A stretch of 64,000 bases of DNA from Oopsacas minuta. Lineage: Eukaryota > Animalia > Porifera. How positions within the stretch are numbered: the first letter of the stretch is position 1; each line of letters begins with the position of its first letter. The position numbers were made by a program, and so were the translations under genes. Below, piece by piece: positions 1 through 11,387 of this stretch. Below the pieces are notes generated by a model that did no database searches, was not told where the DNA came from, and worked only from the letters and a program-made list of their open reading frames with translations. Where the stretch lies: contig JAKMXF010000303.1 in the NCBI GenBank assembly GCA_024704765.1, positions 251,266 to 315,265 of the forward strand. The letters are read 5' to 3'.

Positions 1-1
1 A

Positions 2-1090
2 CAAACAATCAGTGTTTAATTTTTCGAAATACTCCCCACTATTATTTATACAGCGTTGAAGACGCTCCAACCATTGTACAAAAATATTTTTATAGTCTTC
101 CGGCGGTATCCGTTTGAGATACTGGAAAATCGCCGATCCTAGTTCTGCACTGTTGCTAAAATGACGACCAGAGAGGTATTCCTTAAGCTTAGGGAAGAGA
201 TAGAAATCACAAGGAGCTAGATCTGGGCTGTAGGGTGGATGTTCAAGCTCAATCATCCCCATCCTTAAGATTTTTTCTTTGACTTGCTTAGTTTTGTGAG
301 GACGGGCATTATCATGTAATAATCTCAACCCTTTAGCACCAGTCCTTTTTCTCCTCTTCAACAAGCTTTCTTCCACTGCACCAAGACAATTACTAGTGTA
401 GAAGCTTCCAGTAACAGTTTGTCCCTTTGGAATTATCACCTGGGCCACTGGGCCATGTGCATCAAAAAATATGCAATACATGATCCTCGATGATCTGAAA
501 TCTGGACGCGGTATCATCGGAGGGTCCGACTGCTTTCCTATCCACACCTTATTTGCCTGTTTGGAAAAAGGTGTGTTATACTGAACCCATGTCTCATCAC
601 CAGTCACTATCTCAAATAATCTTCGCGGGTCGCATTCTTTGTAGGATTTAAGGAGATCACGACAACATCTCACCCTTGTCTCTTTCTGGGCCTTTGTGAG
701 TAAATGTGGGACCCATCTGGCACAAACCTTCGTCAACTTGAGCTGTGATCTTAAAATGTGGTCTACACTTCCCATCGAGATGCCAACACTATTAGAAAGT
801 TCCCTGATAGTTATATGTGGGTCTAGGTCTATCGGTTTCTTAATAGCGCACGATTTAATGGGAGATGCAGCCGTAATTGGTGCTCCAGGCCGAGGGTCAT
901 CTTTGATAGACTTTCTTCCCAGCCTGAAACGCTGAGCCCATCTTCTGACTCCTGCATAAGACAGAGCACCTTTCGTAGTATAGACTTGAACCAAATCAAG
1001 ATGTATCTCGTGTGCAGATTTCCCGAGGAGAGTACGAATCTTGACATAAGCTCTTTGCTCGATTTTAGAACTCTTGCCAAGTGATGTCAT
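2..1090 (-). mobile_element. Mariner (Tc1/mariner, D,D34D) transposase ORF, uninterrupted, running off the window edge
   Basis: Hand translation from ATG 1090 to position 2 gives 363 codons with no stop. Motifs WVPHLLT, VTGDETW, LHDNARPH and HPPYSPDLAPCDFYLFPKLK are present, with 34 residues between the second and third Asp. It is absent from the ORF track because its stop lies outside the window. TIR not identified. Confidence 0.95.
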
Positions 1091-1455
1091 AAAGGTATAG
1101 TATAAAAAACACCTGTTGTAAAATTTTATATAACTTGTTGAGTTTTTAAGCGATAATGAAAAAGTCAATAGCTTGTAGACAGAGGATTAAGTATTCATAT
1201 TCAAATATCAATATATTATTGTTGTGTTATAAATCCCCACAGTAACACAGTGATCAGAGTATATTGAACGCCCGTAGTAGTTTGTCAATTTAGAATACCA
1301 TATTTCCCTGAATAGGCCTCTCTGTACCTATTCAGAGTAATGCGGTATTTGGTTTCAACATCCATCGCGATAGATGCCTTCATGTTCCCTGTGTAGATAT
1401 TAACATGTTCCAAATGTCAAGATAGTCCGTAGTATATATGTTTACATTGTTTTAG

Positions 1456-4400
1456 AGAAGAGAGACAGCTACAAAGGTATTATTAATGATTTCACGAGCT
1501 TAACAATTACATGTACTCAGCTGTTAGAAGAAAAACACATAATAGATGCATACTACCCTGGTATGGGTGTTATACATTATGTCACCAATAATAATACACG
1601 AATTGGCCAGTTGTTATCTACATCACATCAGAAAGGTATTCTGACGTCACTCATCAATCTGCTTGTTAACATACATAACTCCTTTATTAGCAAATATACA
1701 GAATCCTATCCAGAGTCAAGGTACACCAAATATTATATACAGGGGACTCCCCTTCATAGAGCCACCGAATAATCGGGTCACTTAGCCAATATGGAACCAT
1801 AAAAATAGTGTCCAGTTAATTGGATCAAAATGGATTGGCCCCGATGTGACCCCATTAAGCGGAGTCTATTGAGTTATTTGTTATACGAATTTTAATTTGA
1901 ATACTTTTACTTAACAGACCTGAAAGAAGTATTCCTCTCAGTCTTGTTACTCCTCATCAACTCATCAATTATACAGATCAGTTAGATAATTTAATTCTTT
2001 CTAATGCTACACATTCGTTTCGAGTTGGAGAAGGACGATTGGTTAAGTATGACTTTATTGGTATTCAGAGAGAGTTTTGTGATCGTTTCATGTTTAACAA
2101 GCCTTCTATTGAGAATGATTTGGACTTTGGATTGACAGAATTGACTCAATTGAGACTTTTTGATAATTTGAAATTAATACAGATTAACATTCAACAGGTG
2201 TGTTAATATTTTTCTGAATAATTAAGAAGAGAGCGGATCTAGCCTCATCAGGATCAGAGTTTTATCTAGGTGCTTGGTTTAACAGTGTCAGTTTAGCAGC
2301 CATGAAGGATACCTAGTGTGATCAGTCTTTTAAATTTTCATAAAATACTAGCATGATATTATTAGCGCGGTCAAGCTATTTAGAATAGCGTGAAGGATGG
2401 AATCTGTTCACCGATCTTTTAATTATTAAGAATTCATCTGATAGCTCGGATCCGAATTATTGAGAATTTACAGAATTTAAGTTTATTTGGGTCTGTTATC
2501 GGTTGTCGGAAGATTTTTTCCGGTATTTGTATGAAACTTTCTATATTTTGCATGTTTGCTGACTGGTTAACATCACTGTAACATAAATTTTATTTGATTC
2601 CATATAGGAAGAAGTTTCAGAATACATTTGGAATTCTATTAAAGCAGAACTAAATGAATCAGCTGATATTTCAGGAATAATATCTCTCATAGAGTTAGTG
2701 ATTAGTTTTGTTTCATTTGGTAAACAGAAATCTTTTCAAACGATCACACAGTATATGCATGAAGTACTCAAGTACCCTAACAACAAATGTCTTATCGATC
2801 CTGATGTGAGTTATTACTTAATATTTATGCTATTGTATTCAATTGAAGCTCTGCAAGAGTTAACTAAGGACTATAGAGTAGAGACCCTGATAAAGAAGTT
2901 GTGGTATTGCAAAAAACAAATTCGCTACGAGTAACCTTATTAGAGAGCTGTCCTAATTACAGGGTTATGAGGATAAATATTCTCAGACTGTTGAATCCTT
3001 ACCATATCGGGATAAATAGCACCGACTCCGGGGGCAGGGTTTGAGCCCTCTGGTTCATTCAAGTTGTCATAAATTTCGGCGCCCCTGATCGGAGGGATAA
3101 CCGTATCTAAGGGAGTAAGCCAGTAAGGGGTAAACCCCAAAACTGTATCCTTATTAATCAGGTTCCAATTGGCAAAATAATTGAACCGACACAAATGTAG
3201 AATTAACTATACGTCTACGTATAATATAATTTATGTGTTGTTAGGTAGATGATCAATGCTATCTTAAACACCTTTTATCTCTCTGGCAGAAACTATCCGT
3301 TTTTAGAGCTAAACTTCTTCCTAGATTCTATAAGGTAAGTAGCATCAATTCTCTATTAATATTGAATAAGACATCAGGAAATGAAGTGTGGAAATCGAAA
3401 ACGCTTACTTTCATGCATAGACGTAGCTAAAATTCTAAGGTGCAGGGACGTCTCTAATATTTTTTACCTAGGGGAGCAGGACGAAGGGCAAAGTGTTTTC
3501 CCACGTTTATCAGGGGGCGTGCCAAGTGGCGGATCTATTAAATGTATAGTTGGGTATAACTATCCAGCTGGGCAGTGGCGTCGTGTGACTTTGAAATCTA
3601 GGGGGACACATTCAATCTGGTGGGCTCCCAGTTTTAGGTGGGGTTATATGGGCCCTGTAAACAATCAGTAAGATCCAGGAACGAAACTTATCGCAAGAAA
3701 TAACCTTTGGTTTGCAATTGGCCCAGTAAGTTGACATTTTTCTGGTACTTGGTGTAATGAATATGATCTGGGAGCTTGGGGAATATTGGGTCTGGGCCAC
3801 TGCAATATTTTCAGTGAAGTCAGGGCGTAGCCCCTGGAAAACAAACTATAATTGTTACCACATTAATTACCATTGCCCCCTATGCCCCTCTGCGCCAACG
3901 TTCCTGTTAAGGTGTGCAGTTGAAGTGCTGAAAGAGAATTAAAGCTGTAAATTCTTCCATAAATATTTATTAGCTGATTGAATAATTTGTCATATATTGA
4001 TATGAAGGTTAATTTTTCCACTCAAAAATAATTATTATTAGAATAATAAATATAAATTCTAAACAAAAAATTAGTTTAAGTAAATCTACTTACCGTTCTT
4101 CTCAAACTTTTACACATTTCCCACGACTTTTTCTGCTTTCACCTAAACCCGAAATTGTCTCTGATCCCTTTATATCCACTCTATGACTATATTATCTCTC
4201 TAGTTTTCACACTTACTCAATTGCTATTCAACAGAATTGGATACAAGTCAATGCAAAACCTTAAAGAATGGATTAGAAACTAAATACATCAACGATATTC
4301 TCGATCTGTTATATTGTTTTATCAAATTTAATTTGCATAGTCAGATAGAAGTTGCTACTCCTCTTACACACAATGAAAAGTATTATTATAGTAGTATATT

Positions 4401-5721
4401 TGTCATAGGCGTAGAGTTCCTGAAATCCCAAGGGGGCGAAAAGTCTTCAACTCATATCCAATCTCTGTCCAGTAATATCACAACTACGTATTTAATTGCA
4501 TGCAAAGGATTACAAATATGCATTTTTCTTGGATTCTAGGCCCAAAAAGGTTCATCATATTAATTACAAGTAAAGTTCCCAAAGAATTTTGACCAAAACC
4601 AAGAAGTTCGTTTTTGAGCTCTTAGAACCCTTTAAATCGAGAAATATTTCAAACCCCTGATTAGGGAACTACTGTATTTCCCCAATAAGCTCCGGAAGCC
4701 GCTAGAAAAAGGCTCCAAGATTTGTGAATAAAATTCATCACCTCCCTCTAGAAGAAATGTTTGATGAAATATCCGTCTGTTTCCCCGAATCATTGTATTT
4801 CAAAATTTGTAAAATACGAAAAATACTCACGGAAAGAATAAGCACCTGAGCACTTATTCAGGGAAATAAGATATACAGAATAGTGATTAGTATAGTGCAA
4901 TCACAGCGGAAATATATACTTAATATTCTTCATTATTACCATATGGTTAAATTGACTGAGCAAAACTTATTATAGTGATACCAGAGTAAGATTGGGGGGT
5001 GTCATCTAGAAAATTTTGCAGGGCAGCCCCCCTGCCCCCCTAAACTCTACGCCTAAGATATTTGTGCTTATTTCATTATCTCATTCATTTCCAGTAATTG
5101 TATTGGAAATTTATGATAAGGACAGTGTAAGTAGTCCGTACTTCCACCCATCCCTTTGGTTGTGGGAATCTAAAGCTGGACACGATTACACGAAATTACC
5201 ATACATTTTGACGAATTTTCTAAAAGGTGAATATTGTCACACCTCTGAAGTGTAATTAAATTATGATTCGATAGGATGAACACCATCGGTCTATTGACTG
5301 ACATTTACCTAAAATTTTCTTATCAGCGCCGGTGTTATTCTATACCCCATCTCAGTTTCCAAAACCAGAGCTTTTCTTGGCAATAATCTTCTATTGATCT
5401 CCGTCCTACTCTATCAGCAAGCAGTGCAATGCTACTACCGTCTATCTTTATATTAGTGTGTATGATCACTTCTATTTTAATACTTGTAAACGTCCAGCTT
5501 CTTTGTACATTGTATATACACTTAATTCTTGTAATATTGACTTTATTATCGTGTACTTATTTAGTTTGCAAAGGAGTCTATGTGAGTTTTCTAAATGGAA
5601 TCTGATTCTACCTCAAGACAATCAGTACATCAAAATAGTAATTCCTGAAAGTTTTTTAGTTTGCCACACAGTGAGCACCTGGAATATATTGATTGAATAC
5701 TCGAAACAAATGCAAGCTTGA
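1456..5721 (+). CDS. RNF213 (mysterin)-like giant E3 ligase, C-terminal exons (5' partial)
   Basis: Phase-compatible GT-AG exons 1456-1720, 1918-2197, 2608-2805, 3245-3334, 4204-4379 and 5565-5721. The joined peptide (ILTSLINLLVNIHNSF..HQLINYTDQLDNLILSN..YDFIGIQREFCDRFMFNKP..ISLIELVISF..CYLKHLLSLWQKLS..IPESFLVCHTVSTWN) resembles the RNF213 C-terminal region (LIRLHNEI..HVISYEVERDLTPLILSN..DLEKIQRQIVSRFLQGKP..CQLKHTIALWQFLS..FPEEILLASCVSVW). Confidence 0.75.
1740..1871. mobile_element. Tc1/mariner(pogo)-type MITE in an RNF213-like intron
   Basis: Imperfect TIR CAGGGGACTCCCC / GCGGAGTCTATTG, TA on the left side, inner inverted repeat TAATCGGGTCAC / GTGACCCCATTA. Confidence 0.5.
3443..3906. mobile_element. 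hAT-type MITE (intronic)
   Basis: Termini CAGGGACGT / ACGTTCCTG with 8-bp flanks CTAAGGTG and TTAAGGTG (7/8 match, TSD). Confidence 0.7.
4404..5057. mobile_element. hAT-type MITE with perfect 8-bp TSD (intronic)
   Basis: TIR CATAGGCGTAGAGTT / AACTCTACGCCTAAG; ATATTTGT at both 4396-4403 and 5058-5065. Confidence 0.9.
4672..4871. mobile_element. Tc2/pogo-like MITE nested inside the 4404-5057 hAT element
   Basis: TIR CTGTATTTCCCCAATAAGC / CACTTATTCAGGGAAATAAG, TA-flanked. Same family as 22010-22180 and a fragment near 27901. Confidence 0.75.
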
Positions 5722-6111
5722 AAATATTTTCTGTACAAAGTTTTAGCTTCTGATTTTTTATTTGTAAATTTTTGCTCCACACCTATAATTTTTTACGTTA
5801 AGGTGCATTCGTATTTATATATGATTCTACTGGATTTGACAGTATATTAAAATGTTTGCGTATTGTGCGGTTTGTATCTTATATGCATTATTTAGGCGCA
5901 GGCATTAAGTCAGGTTCCAATTACGATAGAATGAACTTTAATAACGGGGAAATTGTTAATTTCCAGAAACGAAGATACGGGTAGCATTTTTCAGGGTCTA
6001 GGCAATGCACCCCGTTTATTGAGTTTACACTGTACTTTTATAACGAACAACCAGTCAACCTTCGAGATTTAATCAATAGATACATACGTATGTACTATTT
6101 TGCAGTTAGTT

Positions 6112-6468
6112 ATGAGTCAGATGGGAGCACAGCTACAAGGCTACAACAACGAACTGGTTAAATGTATAGAAGATCTCTGTGCTAAGAGAGACGAGGGACA
6201 GAGACAGATACTCATTGAGGAAGAGGAGAAGTCCAAAGTACAGGGGGACATTAAAATATTGTCTGAACGTCTTGCTAAGATAAACGAGAGCTTAGCTAAG
6301 AAGATAGCTGCTAGAAATGAATATGACAGGATAATAGCAGAGACAGAGAATGCATACAATAAAATACTGGAGAGTTCTCAGGCTCTGTTACATGTACTCA
6401 AGAGAGAGACCGTTGTTCCTCCCAGCAAATTATCACATAAGGAAGAAACTAGAATGAGTCAATCTTAG
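6112..6468 (+). CDS. SSNA1: Sjogren syndrome nuclear autoantigen 1 (NA14), centriole/microtubule coiled-coil protein
   Basis: [51 protein letters not shown] closely matches SSNA1. True ATG is at 6112; the ORF-track start is a TTG. Confidence 0.97.
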   Translation: MSQMGAQLQGYNNELVKCIEDLCAKRDEGQRQILIEEEEKSKVQGDIKILSERLAKINESLAKKIAARNEYDRIIAETENAYNKILESSQALLHVLKRETVVPPSKLSHKEETRMSQS

Positions 6469-7224
6469 CAATAATTAATTAATATTTTATTTGCACTAAC
6501 CTTAATTCACTATTAAACTACATTACAGCCTTAATATATTTGGTCGAGACTGGTCACTTCGATTTTAATTTATTGAATTCTTTGAAATACAGATAGCTTA
6601 TATATATCCTTGGTCAAATAACCCAGTGTTTTACAACCTCTTGCCCCTCCCATAGACACTATTCTTTTCGTATACCCCCAACCTTCAAGCGCCGTGGCGT
6701 GTGGACCCCTTTTGAGGTTAGGGAACCCTATTATGAGTACAATAGAACTCAAATAAGAGGTAGGTACTATTTCTTATATCCCAACAATTATTTATAATTC
6801 ATTGTAATGTAATAGCTATTTAAATTTGGTTAAGACGTACTAGTTTTTGTTACCCGAGGGTGTACGTCATATCGAGTTATACTGTAAATTTGAGTCAATA
6901 AATATTTTTTAGTGCAGCTAGAAACCCTATTGGTATGAACGATGTGCGACGTCCGTCTGCGCGGCCATGCGAAAATTAATGACACAATTGGGCTTAGACA
7001 TATTGTCAGGGGTAATTGGGTGTATAGAGTCCGATTCTGAGATTTTCAGAGCATGAACCTATAAATACATACACATTTATCTTATGGTTAATCATATTAT
7101 CCACACCTTTGGAATCTAGCTCGAATAATGTTTGTTAGATTCCATTATCTATCAGAGTTTATTGGATAGAAATTGCCCGAGCTTCACTCTTAATCTGTCG
7201 ACTGGACAACTTCGACCCCTTATT

Positions 7225-7310
7225 CAGGGGCGGTCCCAGGATTTTGCATACTCGGGGCAAGGATTTTCAAACCGGGCAAATACCACCCCCCCTCCTTGGG
7301 ACCGCCACTG
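7225..7310. mobile_element. 86-bp hAT-type MITE
   Basis: TIR CAGGGGCGGTCCCAGG / CTTGGGACCGCCACTG; flanks CCCTTATT and CCCTCATT (7/8 match, TSD). Confidence 0.85.
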
Positions 7311-7510
7311 CCCTCATTTTAATTGGGTGTCATGTCTGGAAACAAATGTCTACTACCTGTAGACTCGCTCTGCTTAATTAACTCTATGAGGTGTATAGTT
7401 ACTATATTTTTTTAACAATTTATTTAACAAAAGAGTGGCATTCAACATATGACAATAATAGTTTACAATATATTCTTACTCTTCATAATGTAATATTGGA
7501 GGTGAAATGC

Positions 7511-7891
7511 TTACGAGTTTATGCTAGTAGCACCAGACTGAGGGACAGGTGGTCTACTGAGTATTCTAGCCTCATCTAGTTGTCTCTTCCTATCAATTGC
7601 TTGTATCAATAAAATATTGACATTACTTAGAGTGTTAGAAGCTAGTGAAATTCTTTTCATCTCATCTACAGTGTATTGACAATCAAACACTACCCCTTTA
7701 AGCTCTTGGTTCTTGTCATTAAACTCCTCCCCTCTACTCACCAACTCAGACATACTCCTTCTCATATGATCCTGAACATGATATAGTCCTAGACTGGGCT
7801 GAAATGCACTGTACTGATAAATCTCTGAGAGACTATTTGTTATTTTTATTGCTCGCTGAGTTGTGCTAGAGCTCAGCCTCGTATTATGCAT
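7511..7891 (-). CDS. BORCS8: BLOC-1-related complex subunit 8 (MEF2BNB)
   Basis: KITNSLSEIYQYSAFQPSLGLYHVQDHMRRSMSEL resembles BORCS8 [35 protein letters not shown]; similar length. Confidence 0.85.
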   Translation of the reverse strand: MHNTRLSSSTTQRAIKITNSLSEIYQYSAFQPSLGLYHVQDHMRRSMSELVSRGEEFNDKNQELKGVVFDCQYTVDEMKRISLASNTLSNVNILLIQAIDRKRQLDEARILSRPPVPQSGATSINS

Positions 7892-8176
7892 ACTAACTGT
7901 AATACACAGGAAACTTTAGTTAAAGGTAGTACATGGTTAATCATATGAATTATTTCAATTGTCCTGTAGACAACTGTCATTTTAGGGATGAACCCCTTTT
8001 TGTCTCTATCTAATTTTGCTGGCTAGCCACCCAAGCCACCCCTAGGCCCTTGTGTATAAAGGCGTTCTTTTAACTTTATAATATGTCCTAATTGTATGAA
8101 TCCTTCAATGTAGAATATATTTATATATTGAGGGAAATATATGTTAAGAGAATTACATGTATAAATATTAACATTG

Positions 8177-9585
8177 TTATACAGGAATAAATGGATAAGA
8201 TGCTCGTGATAATATTCCACACATATTGTATCCTCTAGCAATCCTTACATAGCCCTCCTCTCCCCAGCTAGTCCCCCAGCTATTTTTAACCAGCCAGTAG
8301 TCCTCCCCCTCCCAGCTCCCATATCCTACAGCTAACATAGCATGTGTAAACTTCCTTGAGGAACAGCTGTAGTCTCTATACACTCCACTGTTGTAGAAGT
8401 GAAATGACTTAGAAGAAGCATCAATAGCTATTGCTACAGGTCCTATACTAACTAGTGTATTCATCATATCACTATCTGATGCTCGTATACTTCTATAGGC
8501 TTGTACTCTTATCTTAACATCTATTGATGAGTACGTGCAACTACCTAGCTAATGGAACTACGTATAAACTAATGTAAATTAAGATAGTACAAATATACTT
8601 ACTTCACCGTTATAAGGATAATCCTCACTCATCTCAGCTCCATACTTCTTCCAGTAATTGAATACATATACCATCCATCCTCCTGAACAGTCCCAGTTCC
8701 CATACCCTCTAGAGCAGTCCACTACCTGCTGCTCTGAGAAGGAGACCAACTCTCCGTAATGCAGTTTGTACTGACCTTCTAATGCTCCGGTAGCACTGAA
8801 TGCGTAGCAGGACCCACACACACCCTACGTATGTACGTTCTGTAAAGTCAGTATTATGCTATTACCCTCGAAATCCGGGCAACAATTTCCCAAAAAATTG
8901 AAATTAAATTGAACATTTCTAACAAATATTTTAATAAATACAATCTAGATTCGGAATTAAAATACATCTTGATATAGTTATTGTATGTAAATTGGATCTA
9001 CCACATAGAGTTATTGTTATTTCTGATATCCGGGCACCCTCTAGACGACATTTCCAATCTCAGAGGTTCTACTGTAATAGGAGCTTAATAGACACTATTC
9101 AAATTGTGATTACTAGTGTTTACCGAATAGGTAAGAACTAACCTGATCCTTAACAGGAGTAACTACACCATATTCTCTCCAGTCCCAACTAGATGGTAAT
9201 TCTCCAGAGTATTCCACATCTGCTAGAGAAGTATTGTCACTGTAGTTAAGATTTAATTCTTGTGGAATTAAGTAGTTAATAGAGAACTCTTGGTGAGTCT
9301 GTAAATAATCAAAAGGAAATTAATAATTTTATATAGAATATTGTCTAAACTTACAAGATCTCCAAACTTGTTAACTTCTAACTTATATGAGTTATTATTA
9401 GAGTTTTCTTTATCAACAAATATTCTATTATTTTCCCAATTCATTCTTCTCAGTTCCTCCTCTCTCCTGTCGTAAGTCTTGCTATTCTTTATTCTCCAAT
9501 TTCTCCACTCATTTTCATCTACAAAATACTTACATTGCCATATATTGATATTTTGAAGGATAAACAGGAATAACAGAATTTTCAT
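8177..9585 (-). CDS. Cathepsin L-like (papain C1A) preproprotease with silicatein-like residues
   Basis: Exons 9585-9355, 9298-9143, 8824-8603 and 8548-8177. Signal peptide, I29 propeptide (VNKFGDL), LPSSWDWRE..VKDQG, CGSCYAFS, THAMLAVGYG and YWLVKNSWG are present. Confidence 0.95.
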
Positions 9586-10406
9586 CTCTCTAATTCAATT
9601 CCTATATTACCCACTATATATGTTGTATTTACCATGGCAATAAGGTTCTTGCTGTCAGGATTCTTAATTCGATCATCTATCTGAGGTCAACGCATGATAA
9701 TATCCAATCTAATATTATTCTCTATTCTATGATACTAATTTTTAAAATGTTAAGTTAGATATCTTTTGCATTACACTCCTATAAATACAGCGAGTAATGT
9801 TGCATGAAATCATATGTAGAATTCGGTCTAAAATCTGTGAAATTTCATGAACTGCTTTGCCCATTTTTGATAATAATTAGTTTGAGGCATCCATCTTAAC
9901 ATCTGGGGCGGTGGTGGAATTTCGGATCAAGTAGAAATAGCATTATCCGGCACTTATTAAGATGAAAAAGATTGATAGGTGAGAATTGTTCCTGAATTAT
10001 TTATGTGATATAATGCAATTCATGAGTGTCTGTAGATTATGCAAGCTCTACTAGACGAATGAAAGTGGTGATAAATTCAGTTCTATTGTCCGATTCAATG
10101 CTGTGTAGCTGAATCAATAAATGCGAGAAAACTTGTTTCAGCTCCACTACCTGCATGAATTAGATAAATCTCATGCGGGTGGCGGAGCTAAATAAAATTC
10201 CACATATTGTCCTAAAGTCCATCTTATACGATGCAATTGTTGCATGCGACAAAGTTGCATTATGTATGGCGTGCTAAATACGAATTGCTTGGAGTTATTA
10301 AATAAATAATTATCGACCCGGTAAAGATCAAACTCAATTCGAAAATCGTTTTGATTTTGTTAAACGAACAATACACGATTGTATAATAAATATAATTACT
10401 AATCGA

Positions 10407-10655
10407 TCAACTTTCATTTTCTTGATCTTGATCTTGTATTAGCGGTTTAAACTTGGAATCTCCAAACGTCTTATTCTCTATTTCCTGTAGATACCTCTCG
10501 TTACGGATCTCTTCTATGCTCTTACCCTTGATCTTCCTCCTAGGTGGTCTGATGTAAGATTCTACTGAATACCCGACTAAACCGATCAGGACTGTGAGTG
10601 GGAGGAGGAGGATTGGTGCATACCCACGGGATATATTTGCTAACAATGCCCACAT
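10407..10655 (-). CDS. SMIM12: Small integral membrane protein 12 (UPF0767)
   Basis: MWALLANISRGYAPILLLPLTVLIGLVGYSVESYIR..KSIEEIRNER resembles SMIM12 [46 protein letters not shown]. Confidence 0.85.
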   Translation of the reverse strand: MWALLANISRGYAPILLLPLTVLIGLVGYSVESYIRPPRRKIKGKSIEEIRNERYLQEIENKTFGDSKFKPLIQDQDQENES

Positions 10656-11387
10656 TATATAGTGTATAAGTACCGTGATGGAGAGAAAGGAAAAGAGAGC
10701 TCACTGGTAAAATAGATCTACCAAAGCTAAAATACAAATTTGTATATGTATGTGATTTAATGGAGATTTAACAAGCGAACATTATAATTTGTAATGACTG
10801 ATGAGGAAATATTTAATTAAGTTATAAATCAGCTTGTTGCCATTAATTCCACAGACTTTCATAGCTTGAAGGGAGACCACTTTGTTGTAGAACAGGAAAT
10901 TTGAATTCCTAATAGAATTGCTGTGAATATCATAGTAGAATGATTTCTATCCTTATACTTTACAACAATGCCATTGGGATTGTCAAACTCTCCTATTCCT
11001 GATATCTCTTCACAATTACAACAACTCGAATTGTGTTTCCTTGATAAATCTCAGAAATGAGAAATTCGAATTCGATACAACATTCCATAAATCCTTCCCT
11101 TGACAACTCACAAACTGACATACAAACAAACAAACAAACAAACAAAAATGGCAACTTAATATAGATAGATATAAATTCGTTTGCACGTAAACTGCAAAAA
11201 ATTAATTTCAAGTATTAAATAAATTCCAACACTAACCGTCTAATCCTGTAAAGTACTCCAATCAAGTGAACAAGTAAAAATATTGTTGCGGAATTAATTG
11301 CGGGATTTCTATCATAAACCTAATCAATGAATAACAGCTACTACTGGCAGTATATACGAATGATGAGATGAAGTAGGATAGAATGTA

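Noticed and set aside
2940-3194. Protein-like 84-aa ORF and a tRNA T-loop-like GGGTTTGAGCCC in an RNF213-like intron
   Set aside because: No cloverleaf or convincing A box and no recognisable motif; probably a repeat remnant.
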